Source: Verrucomicrobiota bacterium (lineage in GTDB: Bacteria > Verrucomicrobiota > Verrucomicrobiia > Limisphaerales > UBA11358). Taken from it: a stretch of DNA of 64,000 nucleotides. The position numbers were made by a program, and so were the translations under genes. Shown here piece after piece: positions 20,090 through 28,079 of the stretch (position 1 is the stretch's first letter; every line of letters starts with the position of its first letter). The notes beneath the pieces are model-generated. The model was not told the origin of the DNA. It made no database searches and saw only the letters and a list, made by a program, of their open reading frames with translations. The DNA lies in contig JBEKMT010000008.1 of the NCBI GenBank assembly GCA_050008355.1, positions 3,568-67,567 of the forward strand. The letters run 5' to 3'.

Positions 20090-23000
20090 TCATGGCTGCG
20101 TGTCTCTCGCCTTTTCCTGAGCCTCTGCCATGTTGATTTCCGCCCACGATGGCGCACGCCAGAGATACAACTCGCCTGATCCGTTCATGGAGCCAAGAGT
20201 GTTGCCATCTGGCGAAAACCTGGTGGACAAGAAAAGAGAACCCCGGGCACCCAGCGTGGCCACCTCCTCCAGGCTGGCCACGTCCCAAAGCTTGACGGCC
20301 TCCCTTTCATTGCTGCCAAGCGCGAGGCGCGTGCCATCAGGCGAGAATGCCACAGAATGCACGCCTAGGAGAAAACCACGCAAAGTGGCCAGCTCCCGCC
20401 GCGCATCAAAATCAAACAATTTGGCAAACCCATACGCACTGGCAAATGCCATCAACTTTCCATTGGGAGAAAAGGACAGACCCGAGATTTGTCTTTTCCC
20501 GTCAAGATACAAACTGGTCTCATGACCATCGGCGAGGTTTCTGAGCAATGCCACGTCGTCGTCGCCCAAAGTAAGGCAAAATTGGCCATTGGGCGAGATG
20601 CGTTGGTAATTCCAGCCATGAAGACCCTCCCATGAAAGTATTTTTTTACCGGTGGCGATATCCCACTCTTCGAGGTCGTCGTTGCCAGCATAACCGACGA
20701 CCAGGGTTTTGTCCTGATTCAGAAAAGGTTCTGGAACTGCTGGAAAATTGGTGGAGACTGCAAACTCTTGAAATAATCTGCCCTGCTGCAAATCCCACAC
20801 CTGGATGACATTATTGGTTGACACTTCGGCAATCCATTTGCCGTCAATGGACAGGCCCCACGTGGAGACATCCCTGCCAAATTTTTTCAGCAGCGTTTTT
20901 TCCTGGAAATCGGTTCCGGACCACAGGGCAAGCTCGCGAGAAGTTGCGGTCACTAACGATTTGCCATCAGGGCCAAAGACCCATTCGTGAAAGGCTTCAG
21001 GGAGTTTGAGGTAGTCGTGCCGGCTATGGGTGTCGGATGTATCCCAAACGAGAACTGCACCATCCTTGGAACCGCTTATTAAGGTAGTGTTGTCGGGCAA
21101 CAGCGTCAGCTTCCAAACTTCGAGTTTGTTACCTCGCATCACCCGGGCCGGCGGGACATTGCTGATATTCGACACATCCCACAATCGGATCGTCTGATCG
21201 CCGCTGCCCGAAGCCAGAGTCTTGCCATCAGGCCAGAAAACCAGTGAACCAACATAGGCCCTATGGCCCTCCAAACGCTTGAGCTCTTTTCCAGAAGTGA
21301 CATCCCAGAGTCGGATATCCGATTCAACATAGCCGGCGCCGGTGGCGAGCATGTTTCCGTCCGGCGAAAAGGCAACGCACATGACAAATTCCTCATCGGA
21401 AGCTTTGGCCGTCCAAAGTTTCTTACCGGTGGCCAGGTCAATCACGGAGACTTTCCCAGCCGGCCCGGCAAAGGCGGCGATGCCTCCATCTCGGGATACT
21501 GCCAAATGCGTCCCTAAATTGGACTGATAATCCAATAGCGAAACCGAATATTCGCATAGCTTTATTCCTTCGGGAATTCGCCAGACGCTTATTTGACCGT
21601 TTGGTTGTGATCCCACCGCATTGGTCAGCAAAGATTCCGTGACCAACTTCCGCCCATCCTCCGAAAAAGCCAGCCCCAGGCACACTCCATCCAGCGGGAA
21701 CTTGCCAACCATGACGCGGGTTGCCACATCCCAAAGGTCGAGCTCATACAGCGAGTTTGTCTTGACGACCAATATTGCCAACAATGAACTCTGTGGCGAA
21801 AACGTAACACTTTTGATATGCCCACCCACAGCCGGACAAGCGATCTCCTGACGGTTCCGCAGGTTCCAGATTGAGGCTGCGCCTGAAAAAAAACCGGTGC
21901 CAACTGCCAGCCATTCGCCATCATGAGAAACCGACAATGAGGAAATCTCGTTTGATTTCTGGCAGAGCGTGTAAAGAGCGTCGCTCTGACAATACTGCCA
22001 GAGGTAGCGCCATTCCCATCCGCGCAAATCGCGCTGGCTGGGCTGCGGCCGCTGCCGGTTCAACAGTTCCCTGGCGCGACCAAGATTATTTTCTGCAAGC
22101 GCTGACTGCACCAGTTTCATATCCGAAGCGTAAGCTTCTTGCCGGGCGGTGAGTTCAGCAGCTTCGGCCTGTTGGCGAAGCTTGGCCTCATTCGCACGCG
22201 CCGCGTCGGCAAGCCGTCGCTCTTGGGTTTCATTGGCCTCGGCAGCAATGGCCTTCTTTTCGTTGGCTTCAGATTGTTGCCGCGCCGCTAGCGCTTCCTG
22301 TTTGGCGTGCGTCGCCCGTACCGCCTGCCCGGTGGTGACGATGATGCCAAGCAACAACGCGGCGGCGATGGCGATACCGGTGGCAAAGGCGAGCTGGTTG
22401 CGCCGGACCAGTTTTTGAAAGCGATAGGCCGAACTCGGCGGGCGTGCAACAATGGGTTCGTGGTTAAGATGGCGTCTTAGGTCGGCGGCGATACCATTCG
22501 CCGTTTCGTAGCGCCGTGTCCGATCCTTCTCCAGACACTTCATCACGATCCAGTCCAGATCCCCTTTGAGCTGGTGGATCAGCTTGGACTTGTCCGCCGA
22601 ACGTCGCTTGGCTGTTGTCGTCAACTCCTCGCCCTTTAAGGTCGCAAAGCGCGTGCTCGGGCGAACCGGTTCCTTTTCGCGAATCGTCTTGCGCATCTGG
22701 TCGATGCCTTGCGACATCAACTCCCGCGCATCAAACGGTGTGCTGCCGGCCAGTAATTCGTAAAGCAGCACGCCGAGCGAATAAATATCACCGCGGGTGT
22801 CAATATCCAGGCCGCTCATTTCCGCCTGCTCCGGCGACATATAGGCCGGAGTGCCGATGAACTGATGCAATTGGGTATAGACCGTCGCGTCCGTCAGCCG
22901 CCCTTCTGTCGCCTTGGCAATGCCGAAATCAATCACTTTCGGCACCGGCACGCCATCGTGCAGCGTGACTAGGATGTTGGATGGTTTGATGTCGCGATGG

Positions 23001-23629
23001 ATGATGCCTTTCTGGTGCGCGTGCTGGATGGCCTGGCAAATCTTGATGAACAGATCGAGCCGTTCCCTGGTGGAAAGCTGGTTCTGGTCGCAGTAATCGG
23101 TGATGCGAATGCCACGCACCAGTTCCATTACGAAATAAGGCCGGCCCGTCTCGGTGGAGCCTGCATCCAGAACCTTGGCGATATTGGGATGATCCATCAT
23201 GGCCAGCGCCTGACGCTCGGCCTCGAACCGGGCAACGACCTGCTTGGTATCCATCCCCAGCTTGATGACCTTAAGCGCGACGCGACGCCGCACCGGTTGA
23301 GTCTGTTCAGCAACATAGACCACGCCGCAGCCACCTTCGCCAATGCGCTCCATCAATTTGTAGCGACCGAGTGTCTGGCCCACAGCTTCGTCAGGGATGT
23401 TCGGCAGACTGAGCTTGACGGTCGCCTTGCCCGCAGGAGCAGGGGGCGATTCGTCGGGTTCGTCGTGAGCGGCGAGCAGGTTATCGAGCCGCCGGCGCAA
23501 GAGGGGGTCGGTGGCACAAATGACATCCAAAAACGCCGGGCGTTGGTCCACCGGCTTTTCCAGCAACATTGCAAACAGCACTTCCTCGCGGTTTTGGTCT
23601 GATGACATGTCTGATTGAGATTCGCTCAT
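20090..23629 (-). CDS. Ser/Thr protein kinase with TM segment, coiled coil and WD40 beta-propeller repeats
   Basis: Kinase motifs are present: GEGGCGVVY, VALKVIK, HRDIKPSNILV, DFGIAK and GTPAYMSPEQ. The TM helix is LAFATGIAIAAALLLGIIV. A coiled coil rich in A, E and Q follows. About 600 aa of WD40-like repeats come last (GDQTIRLWDV, DGAVLVWDT, EAVKLWDV). Confidence 0.9.
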   Translation of the reverse strand: MSESQSDMSSDQNREEVLFAMLLEKPVDQRPAFLDVICATDPLLRRRLDNLLAAHDEPDESPPAPAGKATVKLSLPNIPDEAVGQTLGRYKLMERIGEGGCGVVYVAEQTQPVRRRVALKVIKLGMDTKQVVARFEAERQALAMMDHPNIAKVLDAGSTETGRPYFVMELVRGIRITDYCDQNQLSTRERLDLFIKICQAIQHAHQKGIIHRDIKPSNILVTLHDGVPVPKVIDFGIAKATEGRLTDATVYTQLHQFIGTPAYMSPEQAEMSGLDIDTRGDIYSLGVLLYELLAGSTPFDARELMSQGIDQMRKTIREKEPVRPSTRFATLKGEELTTTAKRRSADKSKLIHQLKGDLDWIVMKCLEKDRTRRYETANGIAADLRRHLNHEPIVARPPSSAYRFQKLVRRNQLAFATGIAIAAALLLGIIVTTGQAVRATHAKQEALAARQQSEANEKKAIAAEANETQERRLADAARANEAKLRQQAEAAELTARQEAYASDMKLVQSALAENNLGRARELLNRQRPQPSQRDLRGWEWRYLWQYCQSDALYTLCQKSNEISSLSVSHDGEWLAVGTGFFSGAASIWNLRNRQEIACPAVGGHIKSVTFSPQSSLLAILVVKTNSLYELDLWDVATRVMVGKFPLDGVCLGLAFSEDGRKLVTESLLTNAVGSQPNGQISVWRIPEGIKLCEYSVSLLDYQSNLGTHLAVSRDGGIAAFAGPAGKVSVIDLATGKKLWTAKASDEEFVMCVAFSPDGNMLATGAGYVESDIRLWDVTSGKELKRLEGHRAYVGSLVFWPDGKTLASGSGDQTIRLWDVSNISNVPPARVMRGNKLEVWKLTLLPDNTTLISGSKDGAVLVWDTSDTHSRHDYLKLPEAFHEWVFGPDGKSLVTATSRELALWSGTDFQEKTLLKKFGRDVSTWGLSIDGKWIAEVSTNNVIQVWDLQQGRLFQEFAVSTNFPAVPEPFLNQDKTLVVGYAGNDDLEEWDIATGKKILSWEGLHGWNYQRISPNGQFCLTLGDDDVALLRNLADGHETSLYLDGKRQISGLSFSPNGKLMAFASAYGFAKLFDFDARRELATLRGFLLGVHSVAFSPDGTRLALGSNEREAVKLWDVASLEEVATLGARGSLFLSTRFSPDGNTLGSMNGSGELYLWRAPSWAEINMAEAQEKARDTQP

Positions 23630-23905
23630 CCAATCTTACATGCGTATTCGCCAGACTAAAAGTATGTATAAATTCTTCGAATCCACCGAACTCAGACTTG
23701 GCCTGTCAGGCACATACTCCCCAGCGGCCTTGGCGAAGGAGGAAAGCCTCGGCGAATTACCTATTGCAATGCACCGCTCTCGAACTTTTGGATTAACATT
23801 CCGGTATTTAAGAAATGGTTGAAGTCTTCGTTGAAGACCGGCCGTTGGGCCGCGTCATTCGCGGATTGACCGGCCGGGCAGTACCGCTCGCACTGGTCTT
23901 GTTCG

Positions 23906-24322
23906 CTATGGCACGGAGCAAATGCGCCAGAAATTATTGGTCTCCATTTTGGGTGTGTTCTTAAGCACCAACACGCCGCCAGCGCTGGCAAGATTGGTCA
24001 CCTGCGGCAGCCAGTTGGCCGGTGATAGCTTGAACGTGCGATCCAGTGGGTAATTTGTTCCGGCAAGGCCGAGAAAGGGCAAACGCGCCGCGCCTCTGCT
24101 CAAAGGCTGGTCGGCAATTGTATTGTAGCCGTCCGCCAGGGCTGAGCCGGGCAGAATCAGTTCGGGTACGATGCTGGCGAAGTTGGTGCCGCCGTCGCCC
24201 AACTGACCAAAGCGGTTCAAGTCCATGGCCCACAGGCTGCCTTCGCTCCTGGTAAACAGGCTGTGGGATTGGCTGGTTGGATCGAAGACACGGCCGCGGC
24301 CGGTGGGGTGTTGCTTTCTGCC
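23906..24322 (-). pseudogene. Remnant of an RCC1-repeat gene (last blade plus C-terminal FYRV-like module)
   Basis: Translated upstream of its Met, the frame reads ...HSLFTRSEGSLWAMDLNRFGQLGDGGTN, which is one RCC1 blade. It then reads ...FKLSPANWLPQVTNL...NNFWRICSVP*. An in-frame stop at 24323-24325 removes everything N-terminal. There is no signal peptide and no other blades. Confidence 0.65.
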
Positions 24323-25266
24323 TCAAAATGCTTGATGAGTACCGCCACTGATAGTCCAGCGATCAAGGCAATGGACAATTTGAAGCGGTCGTGCGAATGG
24401 AATTGCAATTCCGGCAGGAGATCGCTGCTGGCGATGCACAGGAAGGTTCCCGCGCAGAATGCCAGGGCGCAGCCGAGGAAGGCCGCGTTAGAACCGGCAA
24501 AATGACTGGCACCGAAATAAAACAGCACTGCCCCAACGGGGCTGACCAGCGCAAACAACCCGTTCAGTACATGCCGCAAAGACCGTGAACTCCCGCCGAC
24601 AGTCATCATGGCTGAGACGGCCATGGCGTCAAAAGGTTTATGAAGAATCACCACGAGAGCGACGCCCAGCCCGGCGAGTTTGGCATGTCCGTGTGCTCCA
24701 GCCTCAACCGACGCGGCAAGCGCCAGGCCATCCATCAGGGAATGCAGCGTCAATCCGAGGGCGGTGCCTACCCAGGAGAGGTGCTGTGCGGATTTGGCCG
24801 CGAGCGTATGCGCGTGGTGTTCGTGCCCATGCTCGTGGCTGTGTCCGCTTCCATGTTCGTGTTCGTGCGCGTGCCCATGGTCATGCCCATGCTCCTGCTC
24901 CTGCTCATACTCCACCATGGCATCGAGCTCCTCCTCATGGCCATGGCAACAATCCTCGGGGTCGCCCTCAGGTGAATCGTGATGATGGAAGTGGAAAAAG
25001 CGCTGCAAAAAGAACATGGCCAGGAAACCGCCAAGCATCCAGGCTACGACGCGGTCGATGGAGTGCAACTGATCATCCGCATCAGGCAAAAAATGCAAGG
25101 TGGCGATGCCGAGCATGAGACCGGCGACAAAACTGATGGCGATTTGCAGCCGCGAATGCGTGGGACGGATGATCAACAGGAACCAGCCGCCCGCCAACGA
25201 CGCCAGCACAACCAGCATGCAGTAGATCGCCAGCAGGGCAACGGAAGAGATGGCGGGGTCGGTCAT
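24217..25266 (-). CDS. ZIP-family divalent metal (zinc) transporter with very His-rich loop
   Basis: The TM helices resemble ZupT/ZIP proteins (HSLMDGLALA and HKPFDAMAV). The cytosolic loop at aa 92-153 is HFHHHDSPEGDPEDCCHGHEEE...HGHDHGHAHEHEHGSGHSHEHGHEHHAH. The last roughly 35 codons overlap the RCC1 remnant and look non-ZIP. Confidence 0.85.
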   Translation of the reverse strand: MTDPAISSVALLAIYCMLVVLASLAGGWFLLIIRPTHSRLQIAISFVAGLMLGIATLHFLPDADDQLHSIDRVVAWMLGGFLAMFFLQRFFHFHHHDSPEGDPEDCCHGHEEELDAMVEYEQEQEHGHDHGHAHEHEHGSGHSHEHGHEHHAHTLAAKSAQHLSWVGTALGLTLHSLMDGLALAASVEAGAHGHAKLAGLGVALVVILHKPFDAMAVSAMMTVGGSSRSLRHVLNGLFALVSPVGAVLFYFGASHFAGSNAAFLGCALAFCAGTFLCIASSDLLPELQFHSHDRFKLSIALIAGLSVAVLIKHFEAESNTPPAAAVSSIQPANPTACLPGAKAACGPWT

Positions 25267-25320
25267 ATAATGTCAGGACGATTTGCGGCGCACGGCGGGA
25301 CGCAACAAAACACCGCCGCT

Positions 25321-25863
25321 CTATTTATTGTCATTGGCGCCGCCACCAGATTGGAGCTTCTCCACCTGTTTGGCGAGATCGTTATATTTGGCGACGACGT
25401 CATTCCGTTCCTGGACCTCGTCGTTGTACTTCTTCACAAATTCGTCGCGTTGGCCGACTAGATTAGTAATGGCGCTATTTTGTTTCTGGATGCCGTCATA
25501 GGCATCCTTTAACCGAGTTTCCAGGGTGTCAACAGACTGCTGATACCCGGTGATTTGATTGGTCAAATCTCCGCCGATGATCTGCCATTTGGTAAGCTGT
25601 GCCTTTTGTGAGAGGGCAAGTTGCTCATTGGCTTCGGCCTCGGCCTTGATTTCGGTGAGGCTGACGTCCAATTGTTCCACCTGCTGGTTCAAGGTCGCGA
25701 TGGAATTGGTAAAGTTCTGGATGTCAGAATTCTTTTGAAAGACTGTCTGGTCCAGCGTCTCGATGGCGTTGCGCTGGAGGGTTTGCTGATACCATTGATA
25801 GGCGCACAGGGCGCACAGCCCCAGCGCGAGAATGACCAGCAGGTTTTGTTGGAAATGTTTCAT
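25321..25863 (-). CDS. Membrane-anchored coiled-coil protein (hypothetical)
   Basis: An N-terminal TM helix (LLVILALGLCALCAY) is followed by about 150 aa of heptad-like sequence rich in Q, E, L and N. Its start is 11 nt after the exbD stop. Confidence 0.7.
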   Translation of the reverse strand: MKHFQQNLLVILALGLCALCAYQWYQQTLQRNAIETLDQTVFQKNSDIQNFTNSIATLNQQVEQLDVSLTEIKAEAEANEQLALSQKAQLTKWQIIGGDLTNQITGYQQSVDTLETRLKDAYDGIQKQNSAITNLVGQRDEFVKKYNDEVQERNDVVAKYNDLAKQVEKLQSGGGANDNK

Positions 25864-25874
25864 GCAAATTCAAT

Positions 25875-26294
25875 TCATGGTTGGTCGGGGGCGGCCTTCA
25901 CGGCGATGGCAATGCGCTGGATGCCGGCGCGTTTGACAAAATCGAGGACGGAAATCACCTCGCCGTGGGTGGCATCCTTCGCGCCGGTGAGGTACACGGG
26001 CAGATTCGTGTTGAGGCTGAAACGATTGGTCAACAGGGTATTCAAATCGGAAAAGGAGAGCGGCTTTTTGTCCACGGAAACCTGACCGTTGCGGTCCACA
26101 AACAGATTCACCATATCCGGTTTCTGACTGGAGGCGGCCTGGGTAGCGGTGGGAAGGTTGGCTTTGACAGTGCGAACGATTTGCAATTGAAGACTGATCA
26201 TCATGAACGAGGCGAGCAGGAAAAACATGATGTCAATCAGCGGGATGATTTCCAACCGTGTCTTCCGGACCTCCATGGGCATGCGGATTTTCAT
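25875..26294 (-). CDS. exbD: ExbD/TolR biopolymer transport protein (copy 2)
   Basis: 139 aa. It has the single N-terminal TM helix IIPLIDIMFFLLASFMMISLQ typical of ExbD/TolR. Its start overlaps the stop of the upstream exbD by 4 nt. Confidence 0.85.
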   Translation of the reverse strand: MKIRMPMEVRKTRLEIIPLIDIMFFLLASFMMISLQLQIVRTVKANLPTATQAASSQKPDMVNLFVDRNGQVSVDKKPLSFSDLNTLLTNRFSLNTNLPVYLTGAKDATHGEVISVLDFVKRAGIQRIAIAVKAAPDQP

Positions 26295-26716
26295 GGTGAG
26301 TCCGGGGTCTGGCCGGCGCCGGTCATGAAGGCCACTTTCTGCACGCCGGCGGCGCGGACTGCCTGGTAGACGTTGACCATGTCGCCGTGCAAGGTGTTTT
26401 TATCGCCGCTGATATACACCGGCAGGTTGGTGTCGGCGCGAAAACGGTTGCTCAGAACGAGCCCGAGTTCGGCGAAGGAGATCTGTTGCTTCGCGAGCCA
26501 AATGGAGCCGGATTTATCCACGGCGATGTTGATCATGTCCGGTTTGTAATCTCGCTGGGCCTGTGAGGCTGACGGCAGGTCCACGCGAATATTTGCCGTG
26601 CGGCTCATCTGCAAACTGATCATCATGAAGGAGGCGAGCAGAAAGAACATGATGTCAATCAGCGGAATGATGACGATCCGTGATTTGCGCGGCCGGATGG
26701 GCGAGGACAGCTTCAT
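26291..26716 (-). CDS. exbD: ExbD/TolR biopolymer transport protein (copy 1)
   Basis: 141 aa with the TM helix IIPLIDIMFFLLASFMMISLQ. It overlaps the exbB stop by 4 nt. Confidence 0.85.
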   Translation of the reverse strand: MKLSSPIRPRKSRIVIIPLIDIMFFLLASFMMISLQMSRTANIRVDLPSASQAQRDYKPDMINIAVDKSGSIWLAKQQISFAELGLVLSNRFRADTNLPVYISGDKNTLHGDMVNVYQAVRAAGVQKVAFMTGAGQTPDSP

Positions 26717-27348
26717 GAAATCTTATTTTCGGGCGGGGGCCGGTGGGCACCGACCATCACCTCCACATTGGTCGCGGCGGTTTCCAGATCGAACTGCAGT
26801 TGCGTGAGTTTGGCGGAAAAGAAGTTGAACGGGATGAGGGCAAAAATGGCAATGCCCAGGCCGCAAGCCGTGGCAATCAACGCCTCGCCGATGCCGCCGG
26901 TGACCGCGGAAACCGACAATTCCTCGCTGCCGATATGCAGAAACGCGCGCATCAGGCCGGTCACCGTGCCGAGCAGACCGAGCAGCGGCGCCAGGGTGAC
27001 CAGAGTGTCCATGACCGTAAGGAAACGACCGGCGCGTTTGAGCTCCATGCCGGCCGCGAGCTGCAAGGCGCCCTGCAACGAGGTGCGAACGTGGTTCAAG
27101 CCGCGATAAATCATACGGATGACGGGGTCTTCCGAGCCCTCCGCAATTTTCGTGGCGGCGGCGATGTCGGCATTTTCCAGCGCGGCCAGCACCTGCTCCA
27201 TTTTTTGAGGATCGCGGCGGCGGCTTTCGCGCCACCACCAGAAGGCGCGTTCGCCCACGACGGCCACGGCGACGAGCGCGCTGATGAGGATCGGCCACAT
27301 GATCGGGCCACCTTTGAGGAAGAATTGGAAGACAATATTAGCGAGCAT
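26713..27348 (-). CDS. exbB: MotA/TolQ/ExbB proton-channel protein
   Basis: 211 aa with three TM helices. The conserved C-terminal region is LAPLLGLLGTVTGLMRAF ... GIGEALIATACGLGIAI. Confidence 0.9.
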   Translation of the reverse strand: MLANIVFQFFLKGGPIMWPILISALVAVAVVGERAFWWWRESRRRDPQKMEQVLAALENADIAAATKIAEGSEDPVIRMIYRGLNHVRTSLQGALQLAAGMELKRAGRFLTVMDTLVTLAPLLGLLGTVTGLMRAFLHIGSEELSVSAVTGGIGEALIATACGLGIAIFALIPFNFFSAKLTQLQFDLETAATNVEVMVGAHRPPPENKIS

Positions 27349-27378
27349 AATGATGGATTCCGGTTCGTTTCAATACCT

Positions 27379-28074
27379 TCAGTTCAGTTGCAATTGATAT
27401 GTTATTCTGGTTTCAAAAAATTGGGTGCCAGTGCCGGTGGGTAGCCGCCAGTGACCTTTGACAAAATCGACGGCGCCCCGATCGAGCACCGGGTAACCGG
27501 AGGATTGCTTGACATCCACAGCGATCACGTTACCGGCCGCATCGCCGGTGATGCTTAGGGTCACTGTGCCCTGTTCGGCCTCTTCCTGCGCGATCCTGGG
27601 ATAGACAGGTTGCGGGCGGTCGCCGCCCCCGCCAGTGCTGCCCACGGTATGAATTTGTGCCAGGGGCCGCATGGGCTCGAGCGGCGGGGCAGCCGCCAGG
27701 TTCGCCGGTACGACGAGCGAGCCAACGGTCGGGACCGAGAAATTAATGTTTGGAGTCTGCGGCAGCACAACAGCCACGGGCCGCGCATCGGGCCTTTGCT
27801 CCTCAACCGGTTTGTGTTCCACGGCCTGCTGCGTGGTCAACACCGTCGGCTCGACGATCACGGGAACGATTTGCGGCAACGGCGGAACGGGCTTGATGTT
27901 GATCAGGCCGAGCCGCGCACCGGTGATGCCGACCAGCAAAAACAGGATGCAAACCGAATTTACCCAGGCGAGTTTGCGATCAGGATCGCGGTTGGCTGCG
28001 GGCAGGCACAACCGCGCCAGATCGTCCTTCAACTCGTAAACTGGATTCATGTGGTTTGCATCCTGGTGGTTCAT
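27379..28074 (-). CDS. tonB: TonB energy transducer
   Basis: It has an N-terminal TM helix (AWVNSVCILFLLVGITG) and a Pro-rich spacer (PVPPLPQIVPVIVEP). The C-terminal TonB domain is PVYPRIAQEEAEQGTVTLSITGDAAGNVIAVDVKQSSGYPVLDRGAVDFV. The ATG at 28074 lies 5 nt after the receptor stop; the ORF-track start at 28128 would overlap the receptor. Confidence 0.85.
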   Translation of the reverse strand: MNHQDANHMNPVYELKDDLARLCLPAANRDPDRKLAWVNSVCILFLLVGITGARLGLINIKPVPPLPQIVPVIVEPTVLTTQQAVEHKPVEEQRPDARPVAVVLPQTPNINFSVPTVGSLVVPANLAAAPPLEPMRPLAQIHTVGSTGGGGDRPQPVYPRIAQEEAEQGTVTLSITGDAAGNVIAVDVKQSSGYPVLDRGAVDFVKGHWRLPTGTGTQFFETRITYQLQLN

Positions 28075-28079
28075 CAATT

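Noticed and set aside
24808-24993. Highly repetitive cat/cac/gag-rich DNA that could be mistaken for a simple-sequence repeat or CRISPR-like array.
   Set aside because: It is in frame within the ZIP gene and encodes the His/Glu/Asp-rich cytosolic loop. There is no repeat-spacer periodicity anywhere in the window.
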